Of a stretch of DNA of 64,000 nt, positions 50,487 through 60,150 are shown piece by piece; within the stretch, counting starts at the first letter, position 1, and each line of letters starts with the position of its first letter. The DNA lies in contig JBBRAJ010000014.1 in the NCBI GenBank assembly GCA_038206935.1, forward strand, positions 23,170 through 87,169, written 5' to 3'. The notes beneath the pieces were generated by a model. It saw only the letters and a program-made list of their open reading frames with translations, was not told the origin of the DNA and made no database searches. Origin of the DNA: Burkholderiales bacterium (lineage in GTDB: Bacteria; Pseudomonadota; Gammaproteobacteria; Burkholderiales; Gallionellaceae). A program made the position numbers and the translations under genes.

Positions 50487-50498
50487 GGCGGTAGCGTG
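50487..50498 (+). promoter_or_regulatory. ops (operon polarity suppressor) element within a JUMPstart-like leader
   Basis: Exact GGCGGTAGCGTG in the context gtgctttgcaGGGCGGTAGCGTGga, 170 nt after the rfaH stop and 214 nt before the glmS ATG, on the coding strand. Confidence 0.75.
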
Positions 50499-50711
50499 GA
50501 TGATTCAAAATTGACATGCGGCATAATAAATTTCCCCGCCCTATAACTTGGGTAGTTAGCGGGCTTCGAATAAAAATAGATAGTTCGGTGGTGAGAGGTT
50601 CGTATTCTGGCGTCGATGTAACCAGATAGACCGAACTCAGGCCTATCTTTGGTAATTCCCAGTAATAGTTATGACGCGCGCCTATGTATTTCGTATAGAG
50701 ATGGAGAGAGT

Positions 50712-52538
50712 ATGTGTGGAATCGTTGCAGCAGTAGCTGAACGAAATGTAGTGCCTATCATGTTGGAAGGTCTACAGCGCCTTGAATACCGGGGTTATGA
50801 TTCGGCTGGCTTGGTAGTGGTAAATGAGGATAATTTTGAACGGGTAAGATGCACCGGGCGTGTTGCCGAGCTCATTGAGAAGAGTGCGCAGACCAAAGGT
50901 ACGTTGGGCATAGGTCATACCCGTTGGGCGACTCATGGTGTACCCAGTGAGCGCAATGCTCACCCGCACTTGAGTAATAATCTGATTGCCGTTGTTCATA
51001 ATGGCATTATTGAAAATTTTGAGACGTTACGTACCAGCCTGATTGCCAAGGGATATGTTTTTACATCGGATACAGATACCGAAGTGATTACTCACCTTAT
51101 ACATAGCCATTACGTTAACGGTAAGTCTTTGCTAGCTTCAACCCAGTCGGCTCTCACCGAACTGGTTGGTGCTTATGCTATTGGTGTTATTGCATCTGAC
51201 AATCCAGAACAGCTTGTTTGTGCCCGGCGCGGCAGCCCATTGTTGATGGGAATTGGCATTGGTGAAAATCTGATTGCTTCAGATGTATCGGCACTACTAC
51301 CCGTTACCAACAAGGTGATTTATCTTGAAGAAGGTGATGTGGTTGAAATTAGTCGATCAAGCTACCGTATTTTCGATATCGATGGCTGTGAGGTAGAACG
51401 CCCGGTTCAGGTGAGTCAAATCAGCAACGAAAGTGTGCAACTGGGTAATTATCGCCACTACATGCAGAAGGAAATTCACGAACAGCCGCAGGCTATTGCC
51501 GAGACTCTTGAATCTGTCCGCAATAGCAAATCGATTGTTCCAGACATCTTCGGTGCCGAGGCGGCAGTGGTATTTTCGGAAATTGACAGCGTTCTTATTC
51601 TGGCATGCGGAACTAGCTATCATGCCGGCTTGGTGGCGAAATATTGGTTAGAGGAAATCGCCGGGATTCGTTGCGTTGTCGAAATTGCGAGTGAATATCG
51701 TTACCGTACCAGTGTGCCAAATCCGAAATCGTTGGTGGTTGTGCTGTCGCAGTCGGGTGAAACCGCAGATACCCTTGCGGCGCTTAATCATGCGAAGTCA
51801 CTGGGACATATCCATACACTCGCAATCTGCAATGTGCCTGAAAGTGCGCTAGTCAGACTTTCCAAATTGAGGTTCTTGACACGGGCAGGGCCGGAAATAG
51901 GGGTGGCATCAACCAAGGCATTTACGACTCAGTTAGTCGCACTCTTTTTGTTGACGATGGTGTTAGCCAAGTTGCGCGGGCGTTTGACGAGTGAACAGGA
52001 ACCGCTTTTGTTGCATGAGTTGCGTCATCTTCCTGCCGCAGTACAAAAAGTGCTGGATTTGGAACCGCAGATAGCGAAATTGGCAGAGCAATTCGCCGAT
52101 AAGCATCATGCATTGTTTTTAGGACGTGGAATGCATTATCCCATCGCGCTGGAGGGGGCGTTAAAGCTTAAGGAGATTTCGTATATTCATGCGGAAGCCT
52201 ATCCTGCCGGTGAGTTAAAACACGGGCCGCTGGCGTTGGTGGATAAAGATATGCCAGTGATTTCGGTTGCGCCTAACGACGCATTGTTGGAAAAATTGAA
52301 ATCCAATTTACAGGAAGTACGCGCTCGTGGCGGAGAACTCTATGTGTTCGCCGATGAAGATACGCACATACAAGCATCGGATGGAGTCAATATCATGCAG
52401 ATGCATGAGCATGCCGGATATTTGAGTCCTGTTTTGCATACGGTTCCATTACAATTGCTTGCCTATTATGTGGCGCTACAGAAAGGTACCGATGTTGATA
52501 AGCCGAGGAATCTAGCCAAATCTGTGACGGTAGAATAG
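50712..52538 (+). CDS. glmS: glutamine--fructose-6-phosphate aminotransferase
   Basis: MCGIVAAV N-terminal nucleophile, two SIS domains, C-terminal [15 protein letters not shown]. The track start is 21 codons too long. Confidence 0.95.
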   Translation: MCGIVAAVAERNVVPIMLEGLQRLEYRGYDSAGLVVVNEDNFERVRCTGRVAELIEKSAQTKGTLGIGHTRWATHGVPSERNAHPHLSNNLIAVVHNGIIENFETLRTSLIAKGYVFTSDTDTEVITHLIHSHYVNGKSLLASTQSALTELVGAYAIGVIASDNPEQLVCARRGSPLLMGIGIGENLIASDVSALLPVTNKVIYLEEGDVVEISRSSYRIFDIDGCEVERPVQVSQISNESVQLGNYRHYMQKEIHEQPQAIAETLESVRNSKSIVPDIFGAEAAVVFSEIDSVLILACGTSYHAGLVAKYWLEEIAGIRCVVEIASEYRYRTSVPNPKSLVVVLSQSGETADTLAALNHAKSLGHIHTLAICNVPESALVRLSKLRFLTRAGPEIGVASTKAFTTQLVALFLLTMVLAKLRGRLTSEQEPLLLHELRHLPAAVQKVLDLEPQIAKLAEQFADKHHALFLGRGMHYPIALEGALKLKEISYIHAEAYPAGELKHGPLALVDKDMPVISVAPNDALLEKLKSNLQEVRARGGELYVFADEDTHIQASDGVNIMQMHEHAGYLSPVLHTVPLQLLAYYVALQKGTDVDKPRNLAKSVTVE

Positions 52539-52547
52539 AGAAATACA

Positions 52548-53162
52548 ATGGGCGAAGGAAATACGCTCTTGCATACAGTTTTAACTCTTAGCACAGTTTC
52601 CAGTGATGTGAATAAAGCGGCGCGTGCTGGTCTAAAGGCACAAAAGCCCGCGTGTATTTGGTTTACCGGATTGTCCGGTTCCGGTAAATCCACGATTGCC
52701 AATTTATTGGAAATGCGTTTGCATTCGGAAGGGAAGCACACTTACTGGCTCGATGGTGACAATGTTCGTCATGGTTTGAACCGTGATTTGGGTTTTACCG
52801 AAGTGGATCGAGTTGAAAACATTCGCCGGATTGCTGAAGTGGCAAGATTGATGGTGGATGCTGGGCTGATTGTAATTGTTTCTTTCATCAGTCCGTTCCG
52901 GGCGGAACGCGATTTCGCCCGTTCGTTACTAGAACCGGATGAATTCTTTGAAGTATATGTCAATACCTCGCTCGAAGAGTGTGAGGCGCGTGATGTAAAG
53001 GGTTTGTATGCCAAGGCACGCCAAGGCAAGATTGCCAATTTTACCGGTATAGATAGTCTTTATGAGAGTCCAACACAGCCTGAGGTGATGCTTGATACGG
53101 TGAAGAATCGGCCGGAAGAATGTGTTGGCCAAGTATTAAATGCACTTGCCGGTCGGACATGA
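52548..53162 (+). CDS. cysC: adenylyl-sulfate (APS) kinase
   Basis: [13 protein letters not shown]-loop, [16 protein letters not shown] motifs. Starts 9 nt after the glmS stop. Confidence 0.9.
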   Translation: MGEGNTLLHTVLTLSTVSSDVNKAARAGLKAQKPACIWFTGLSGSGKSTIANLLEMRLHSEGKHTYWLDGDNVRHGLNRDLGFTEVDRVENIRRIAEVARLMVDAGLIVIVSFISPFRAERDFARSLLEPDEFFEVYVNTSLEECEARDVKGLYAKARQGKIANFTGIDSLYESPTQPEVMLDTVKNRPEECVGQVLNALAGRT

Positions 53163-54428
53163 GTGTCAATTAAGATGGAATTAGTCGAACGCATCAGCGC
53201 AAGAAAATTTATTCTGGATGCGCTACATCTGGATCGTAATCTGCCGACGCTTGCCGCCGCGCAACAGATGCTGCCGGAGGATTGGGACTATGTGTCGAAA
53301 ACGGCTCGGTTGCATCGTCTTGGTCCGATGCTTCATGATCGTCTTGGTAACGAGGTTTATGGAGATGTCATTCCTCAAAAGGTAAAGGTTCAGTTTAAGA
53401 TGTCGCAGCGAAAAAATGCTATGCGAAATCTGAAAATTTATCGTGAGTTGCTGACAGTAACAAAAATTCTCGAAGCCGAAAATATTCCATCGATTGCGCT
53501 AAAAGGGGCATACCTAGCTCGTTTTTCCTATCCCAATTCGGGGCTCAGGCCGATGCGAGACTTGGATTTGCTGCTCAAGCCTGAGCAGGTAGTCGAAGCT
53601 TTCAAACTATTAAAGAAGCATGGATATGAGCCTAAGTCAGGCGGTTTGCCTGAAGCGTATTTAGCGCAGGGAAAACATCTTTCTCCATTGATTAGTCCAG
53701 AGGGTGTTTGTATTGAGCTGCACCATCGGTTGGTTGCACTAAATGACAAGTTTGATTACTTGACTAGTTTTGATGGTGGGATTTGGGAGCGTAGCGTAGT
53801 TAAAATGTTGGGTGGCATCCATGTTAATTTTCTTTGCCACGAAGATATGTTGCTGCATTTGTGTATACACGCAACACTTGATCACCAACTTGATCTGGGG
53901 CCTTTGGCTTTGGTCGATGTTGCCCTTTTGATTGAAGCTAAACAGATTGACTGGCAGGATTTCGTCAAAATTGTCATAAGTGGAAACTGGCAGCGTTATA
54001 CGCTTCCTTTGCTTTATTTGGCAAAAAAACACCTAGGCGCAAATGTCCCGGAAGAAGTTCTCGAAGCATTTGGTTGTAAACAATGTAAATTATTATGGCT
54101 GGACGGAGCTGAGTATTTGCTGTTTGCCGATCTTGAAAACCTTCATTTGCTGAGAAGTCACTTGAATCAAGTTCTGGATACAGGGGGGAGGGGTAGAGAA
54201 TTTGTTTTTTTGTCCGGTATTGTATTTGCGTCTCGTTCAGTGATCGCCCAACATTTTCCGGTTGAGGCTGATTCACCGATAGTACTTATATACTATCCAT
54301 TATATTGGTTACGCTTGTTAATCATAGGGTTGCCACTATATTGGAAAGCATTCTTTGTGAGAAAAGGGAGATTCCGGCAATTGGCTCTGCATCGAAATGC
54401 ATTTGCGGATTGGATGCATGGGGGATAG
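53163..54428 (+). CDS. uncharacterised nucleotidyltransferase-family protein (PF14907/NTP_transf_5-like)
   Basis: ALKGAYLARFSYPNSGLRPMRDLDLLL fits the hG[GS]...D-x-D nucleotidyltransferase motif, and IELHHRL follows downstream. Starts at the GTG immediately after the cysC stop, or at the ATG at 53175. Confidence 0.55.
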   Translation: MSIKMELVERISARKFILDALHLDRNLPTLAAAQQMLPEDWDYVSKTARLHRLGPMLHDRLGNEVYGDVIPQKVKVQFKMSQRKNAMRNLKIYRELLTVTKILEAENIPSIALKGAYLARFSYPNSGLRPMRDLDLLLKPEQVVEAFKLLKKHGYEPKSGGLPEAYLAQGKHLSPLISPEGVCIELHHRLVALNDKFDYLTSFDGGIWERSVVKMLGGIHVNFLCHEDMLLHLCIHATLDHQLDLGPLALVDVALLIEAKQIDWQDFVKIVISGNWQRYTLPLLYLAKKHLGANVPEEVLEAFGCKQCKLLWLDGAEYLLFADLENLHLLRSHLNQVLDTGGRGREFVFLSGIVFASRSVIAQHFPVEADSPIVLIYYPLYWLRLLIIGLPLYWKAFFVRKGRFRQLALHRNAFADWMHGG

Positions 54429-54953
54429 TTGTGAATCAAAAATCATTGCTACAGATACCTACTCGTCGAAAATTTACATGCGTTGGTATTCAATGCGGTA
54501 TTTAGCAAGTTCATCTTGGACACATCACCTTGAAAACTTTTAGTGTGGATTGGGTCATGAGTTTGAATTTTGCATAGAAATTTGCTTATACATTGAATTT
54601 TTTGGGCGATTAAGGCCGGAACAAAATTATTTTACTTATGCCAGCATTTTTTGTTTTTTTGATGCGGTGAAATGAACTGATCTATTAATGCTTTGTGTAG
54701 AATTCGTAGGAACTTATTAAAGGGTGAGGGTGTTTGCCATGAGCAAATTAAAAACATATTACTTTTCAAGTATTTACGGGAATGGCTCTAATAGTTTTTT
54801 CGCTTGTTTGTATACCGCTACAAACTTAAGGGTTTGCACCAATGCACTTTCTTTTGGGAAGTTACTTATCGCGCACAATCGAAAGGTTGTGTTGTTTTTA
54901 ATGGGCCATAGCACGTTTGCTCGGCTTGAATTTTTGTTTTGAATCTTTGATCT

Positions 54954-56120
54954 ATGAAAATTGCTATCGCAGGTACTGGTTATGTCGGACTTTCTAACGC
55001 CATTTTGCTGGCACAGCATAACGAAGTGGTCGCGCTCGACATAGTTCCCGAGAAGGTGGCAATGCTAAATCGCAGGCAGCCTCCGATTGATGATGTTGAA
55101 ATCGAGGATTATCTAAGCCATAAACAGCTCGATTTTCGTGCCACGTTGGATAAGGTTGATGCCTATACCGGGGCGGATTACATCATTATTGCGACACCTA
55201 CCGATTACGACCCTGAAACTAACTATTTCAATACACATTCAATTGAGACGGTGATACAGGATGTCATAAGTATCAATTCGCAGGCGGTGATGATCATCAA
55301 ATCAACTGTTCCGGTAGGCTATACAGCCAAAGCCCGTAAACAGTTCAATTGCGATAACCTGATCTTTTCGCCTGAATTTTTGCGTGAAGGCCGTGCTCTG
55401 CATGATAATTTGTATCCTTCGCGCATCGTCGTTGGAGAGCGCAGTCAGCGCGCCGAGACTTTTGCCAACCTGCTCAAGCAAGGTGCCGTTAAACAAGATA
55501 TTGACGTATTGTTCACCGATTCAACTGAAGCAGAGGCGGTCAAACTGTTCTCCAATACCTACCTTGCTATGCGGGTAGCATATTTCAATGAACTGGATAC
55601 CTATGCGGCCACGCATAGGCTCGATACCAAGCAGATCATTCAAGGGGTGAGTCTTGATCCGCGCATCGGCGACCATTATAATAACCCTTCGTTTGGTTAC
55701 GGCGGTTACTGTCTGCCCAAGGATACCAAGCAACTTCTTGCGAACTATCAGGATGTGCCGCAGAATTTAATTCACGCCATTGTCGAGGCTAATACTACTC
55801 GCAAAGATTTCATCGCGACCAGTATTCTTAAATGTAATCCCAAAGTTGTAGGTATATATCGCCTCATAATGAAGAGCGGTTCCGATAACTTTAGGTCATC
55901 GAGCATTCAGGGTATTATGAAGCGCATCAAGGCCAAGGGGGTCGAGGTGATTGTTTTTGAACCGGAAATCAATGAGCCTGAGTTCTTTCACTCACGTGTA
56001 GTGAATGACTTGTCACAATTCAAGCTAAAAGCAGATGTAATTGTTGCTAATCGCTTCGCAGACGATATTCGAGATGTGGCAAACAAGGTATATACCCGTG
56101 ATCTATTCGGTAATGATTAA
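54954..56120 (+). CDS. ugd: UDP-glucose 6-dehydrogenase
   Basis: [14 protein letters not shown] Rossmann N-terminus and catalytic [10 protein letters not shown]. Confidence 0.9.
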   Translation: MKIAIAGTGYVGLSNAILLAQHNEVVALDIVPEKVAMLNRRQPPIDDVEIEDYLSHKQLDFRATLDKVDAYTGADYIIIATPTDYDPETNYFNTHSIETVIQDVISINSQAVMIIKSTVPVGYTAKARKQFNCDNLIFSPEFLREGRALHDNLYPSRIVVGERSQRAETFANLLKQGAVKQDIDVLFTDSTEAEAVKLFSNTYLAMRVAYFNELDTYAATHRLDTKQIIQGVSLDPRIGDHYNNPSFGYGGYCLPKDTKQLLANYQDVPQNLIHAIVEANTTRKDFIATSILKCNPKVVGIYRLIMKSGSDNFRSSSIQGIMKRIKAKGVEVIVFEPEINEPEFFHSRVVNDLSQFKLKADVIVANRFADDIRDVANKVYTRDLFGND

Positions 56121-56162
56121 CTTGCACGATTTTCCGCATCTACACTACCCAAAGCTTTGTTT

Positions 56163-57461
56163 ATGAAGATTTTACACTTAGCAAGGCAGGATGTTGGCGG
56201 TGGCGGCGGGGGATTTGATGCCTCCTACAGGTTGCATTGCAATATGAAAGCAATGAAGCTGGATTCTCGCATGGTGGTTTATCGCAAAGAAAGCGATGAT
56301 CCAGATGTGAAAAGTGTTGGGATTCATTTGAGTTATTCAGGTAAATTGAGACGATTCTGGTACTCGTTCAAAATTCGCTTGATGCAACGTCTATTCAAAT
56401 ATTCACCATATTTTCTAGTGGATACAGATCATGAAATTACGGCGATGCAATTGTTTGATGTGCTTCCTTTTGTGCCTGATGTAATTATTGTTCATCTAGC
56501 TTCAGCTTTTATAGATGCCGGGGTAGTGAGTGATTTAAGTAGGATGACCGAGGCTCCTGTGATTTGGTATTGCATGGATATGGCGCCAATTACAGGTGGG
56601 TGCAATTATGCTTTTGAGTGTCTTGGCTATACTCGGCAGTGTGGTAATTGTCCACAACTTGGCTTATTGCGAGGAAAGCGCGATCTATCTTATTGGCAAT
56701 GGTTGAAGAAAAGGGAATATGTACAGGGTATGAACATTACGGCGTTGGCAGCTTCATCATGGTCCAGAAAGCAAATTGAGTCAGCAAGTGTATTTAGTAA
56801 TAAGCGTCATGAATTGATTTTGCTTGGGGTTGATGTGGATGTTTTTACGCCAGTAAATATTGCCGATGCAAGAGATTTTTTGAGTTTACCTCAGGGGCGG
56901 AAAATTATTTTCTTTGGTGCGCAGAGTTTGTTTGAAGAGCGTAAGGGTATTCGTTACCTTACTGCTGCTTTGGGGGCGCTTCATGCTATGCTCACAGACA
57001 ATGTTGCATTGCGCAATCGAATTTTGGTTGTTACGGCGGGACGAGGCGAAAGTGTTGCTGAGCTAAATATCCCATTCGATCATATGCATATTGGTTTTTT
57101 AAGAGGTGATAGGCAATTAGCGGCAGCTTATCAAGCTGCTGATGTATTTGTAAGTGCATCTCTTGAAGATTCCGGGCCAATGATGATTAATGAATCTGTG
57201 CTCTGCGGCACGCCAGTTGTTTCTTTCGAGGTTGGAGTAGCGCTTGATTTAGTTCACTCATTTGAAACCGGATACCGAGCAAAATTTAAAGACAAAATGG
57301 ATATGGCGGCTGGCTTGCGTTGGATTCTTGAACTTAATGATTACGACGTTGGCTCATTGCGTGCTAGATGTAGGAGTATGGGTTTGAAAAAGTGTCATCC
57401 CGAAGTTCAGGTTCGTGCATTTGAAAAACTGTGCAATGAGTTGATTTTGGAAAATAAGTAA
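56163..57461 (+). CDS. glycosyltransferase, GT-B fold (GT4-like)
   Basis: E-x7-E motif region (SLEDSGPMMINESVLCGTPVV). I chose the ATG at 56163 (MKILHLA). Confidence 0.75.
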   Translation: MKILHLARQDVGGGGGGFDASYRLHCNMKAMKLDSRMVVYRKESDDPDVKSVGIHLSYSGKLRRFWYSFKIRLMQRLFKYSPYFLVDTDHEITAMQLFDVLPFVPDVIIVHLASAFIDAGVVSDLSRMTEAPVIWYCMDMAPITGGCNYAFECLGYTRQCGNCPQLGLLRGKRDLSYWQWLKKREYVQGMNITALAASSWSRKQIESASVFSNKRHELILLGVDVDVFTPVNIADARDFLSLPQGRKIIFFGAQSLFEERKGIRYLTAALGALHAMLTDNVALRNRILVVTAGRGESVAELNIPFDHMHIGFLRGDRQLAAAYQAADVFVSASLEDSGPMMINESVLCGTPVVSFEVGVALDLVHSFETGYRAKFKDKMDMAAGLRWILELNDYDVGSLRARCRSMGLKKCHPEVQVRAFEKLCNELILENK

Positions 57462-58249
57462 ATGTTTAAATAGGACTATTTGTGAAAAGACAATAAGGGT
57501 GTAGTTGAATGCTATGGTGGGCCATTTGATATCGTTCATTGCTTGAAAGAAACCTAAGAATGGTTGAAATGCTTGATGTTGCATTGCACCCGAATAGTAG
57601 TCGGAAATACCCAAGTGTCGATTGAGTGCGTCGTATCAGCGGGTTACCTGCAGAGATGCAAACGAAACTCTGGGAGTTTTTGTTGACTGAAATGTTTTGA
57701 TTGGACAGATGCCATAGTACTGGAGACTCTTCAAATTAAGATAATACGTAGGAATTTCATCTATTTGATGTATCTCAGGAAATTTGAGAGTCGGGGGAGG
57801 CAGTTGATGGTGAATGAGACATGCGGAGTGTGAGGCAATTTGCAGGTTGATGTGGGTAGGGCATTGGCATTTGCAACCTTTGATTGGCGGTTATGGTGTT
57901 ATACGATGTTCGGAGACTTTGGAGAAATCGAAAATAATTGAAATTAAGGTTAAGCATACTACTGATTTTTTTAATTATCACGCAGATTTTTTTCAGAAAG
58001 CGATGCCCATTGATCATGATGAATCAGTGCGATAGTTATTTTTGATTATGATGGAAATTAGTGTGTATTTAATTAGGTTTAAATTGATTGTATGTTTGAT
58101 AAAGTAGAGATGGGTTGCAATTGCTGATAAGCATGTGAAATATGAGGGTTGTTGGAAGACAGTTGATGAGTTTCTCAATGTACAAATTTTGTGCATATTT
58201 AGGTTCTGTTGATGGTGTTTTTATTCTTTTGTAAGGATTTGATATTGGC

Positions 58250-58972
58250 ATGGAACGAAATTTTACCCATCTGACGTGGGATACCGATTTTTTCGGTTTT
58301 AAAGTGGGGCGTATTGATTCTCCTACACTAGATGCAACTGAAATGTTGGAATTGATTAGTTTTTTACGTAAAGAAAATTATTGTTTAGTTTATTGGGGGG
58401 GGGCTGAAGAGGATGAACGCTCAGCTTATATAGCAGTTGAAAATGGTGGTCATCTGGTTGATAAGAAGGTTGTCTATAAAAAGTCACTGACAGAGGCTAC
58501 ATGTGATCCAAGTTTATTTTATGAAATAGCATCTTATAAAACATCTCCGCAGGATGCTTTAGTTGTTAATTTGGCTTTGAAAAGCGCGCAATTTTCACGA
58601 TTCAGAGTTGATCCGCTTTTCCCTAAGGAGCTGTGTGACAGGCTCTATACCACCTGGATTAGACGTTCCATTAGCAGAGAATTGGCGTGGGAAGTGCTTG
58701 TAGCAAAGGATCAGCACAAACTGCTTGGTGTAATTACACTGGGGGAAAAGGATGGGTGTGCTGATATTGGATTATTGGCTGTTGATGTCAGTGAAAGAGG
58801 TAGGGGTGTGGGTAAAGCTCTCGTTACTCAAGCAAATAGGCTCTTCCTAGTACAGGGGTATCACTTGGCGCGGGTTGTTACGCAACGTACAAATGAAAGC
58901 GCGTGTAGATTATATGAATCTTGTGGATATCAAATAGATAAGGTTGAGTGTATTTACCATTTTTGGATTTAA
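58250..58972 (+). CDS. wecD: dTDP-4-amino-4,6-dideoxy-D-galactose N-acetyltransferase-like (WecD/RffC family GNAT)
   Basis: The N-terminus LTWDTDFFGFKVGRI parallels E. coli WecD (LTWENAFFG). C-terminal GNAT core (RGRGVGKALV ... NESACRLYESCGY). Confidence 0.7.
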   Translation: MERNFTHLTWDTDFFGFKVGRIDSPTLDATEMLELISFLRKENYCLVYWGGAEEDERSAYIAVENGGHLVDKKVVYKKSLTEATCDPSLFYEIASYKTSPQDALVVNLALKSAQFSRFRVDPLFPKELCDRLYTTWIRRSISRELAWEVLVAKDQHKLLGVITLGEKDGCADIGLLAVDVSERGRGVGKALVTQANRLFLVQGYHLARVVTQRTNESACRLYESCGYQIDKVECIYHFWI

Positions 58973-58981
58973 ATAAATATT

Positions 58982-60118
58982 ATGAACATTCCATTTAATA
59001 AGCCATATCTGACCGGAAAAGAAAGCCAGTATATGCATGAGGTTCTGGAGTCGGGGAAGTTATCTGGCGATGGGGCTTTTACTCGTAAGTGTCATCATTT
59101 TTTTGAGACACGCTATGGATTCAGGAAGTCTCTTTTGACAACCTCATGTACGGATGCATTAGAAATGGCTGCGATATTGTGCAATATTCAGCCTGGTGAT
59201 GAAGTGATTGCACCAAGTTATACTTTCGTTTCGACTGTTAATGCATTTGTTTTGCGAGGTGCAAAGATAGTGTTTGCCGATAGTGAAGAGGCGACGCCGA
59301 ATCTAGATGTAACTAAAATTGAATCGCTGATAACGAAAAAAACTAAGGCCATTGTCCCCGTACATTACGCAGGAGTCTCATGCAACATGGATGTTCTTCT
59401 GCATGTCGCAAAAAAGCATGGGCTTTACGTTGTTGAAGATGCGGCTCAGGCTATTGATGCTTATTATAAGGGTAGGCCTCTCGGCTCACTGGGTACTTTC
59501 GGTGCATTTTCCTTCCATGAAACTAAGAATATTATTGCGGGAGAAGGGGGGATGTTGGCGATCAATGATGATCAATATGTCTCTCGGGCGGAAATTATTC
59601 GAGAAAAGGGAACTAATCGTTCGGCTTTTTTCAGGGGGGAGGTCGATAAATATAGTTGGGTAGATATTGGCTCTTCTTTTTTGCCGGCAGAAATTATTTC
59701 GGCTTTTCTATTTGCTCAATTGGAAAGTTTGGAATTTATTCAGCGTCGTCGTCTGGCGATTTGGAATCTATATCGGCAGTTGCTTATTCCTCTGAGTGAA
59801 AAGGGATTTGTAAAACTTCCTATTATCCACGCTGATGCAAGTAACAACGCACATATGTTCTATATTGAGTGTCGTAATCTAGATGAACGCACCGGTCTGG
59901 TAGAGTATCTCAAAAGTCGCAATATTATGGCAGTGTTTCATTATCTGCCGCTGCATTTGTCAACATATTTCCGAGACCATCATGATGGTCGTTATTTGCC
60001 TAATGCAGAAAGATTTTCCGATTGCCTGCTTCGTCTGCCGTTGTATTGTGGTTTGGCTGATGATGAAGTTCAGCGAATTACGGATTATATTCATGAATAC
60101 TTTACTTTACGTGCTTAA
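58982..60118 (+). CDS. wecE: dTDP-4-amino-4,6-dideoxygalactose transaminase-like (DegT/WecE family)
   Basis: IPFNKPYLTGKESQYMHEVLESGKLSGDGAFTRKC parallels the E. coli WecE N-terminus. PLP-Lys context FSFHETKN. Confidence 0.8.
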   Translation: MNIPFNKPYLTGKESQYMHEVLESGKLSGDGAFTRKCHHFFETRYGFRKSLLTTSCTDALEMAAILCNIQPGDEVIAPSYTFVSTVNAFVLRGAKIVFADSEEATPNLDVTKIESLITKKTKAIVPVHYAGVSCNMDVLLHVAKKHGLYVVEDAAQAIDAYYKGRPLGSLGTFGAFSFHETKNIIAGEGGMLAINDDQYVSRAEIIREKGTNRSAFFRGEVDKYSWVDIGSSFLPAEIISAFLFAQLESLEFIQRRRLAIWNLYRQLLIPLSEKGFVKLPIIHADASNNAHMFYIECRNLDERTGLVEYLKSRNIMAVFHYLPLHLSTYFRDHHDGRYLPNAERFSDCLLRLPLYCGLADDEVQRITDYIHEYFTLRA

Positions 60119-60150
60119 CCCATTTGGGGAATGATTTATAGGGAAACTTA

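Noticed and set aside
54724-54942. 72-aa ORF in the AT-rich gap before ugd (and the 73-aa ORF at 57814-58035 in the second gap).
   Set aside because: There is no ribosome-binding site and no recognisable motif, and the composition is what random AT-rich sequence would give. They are kept only as part of the note on non-coding gaps.
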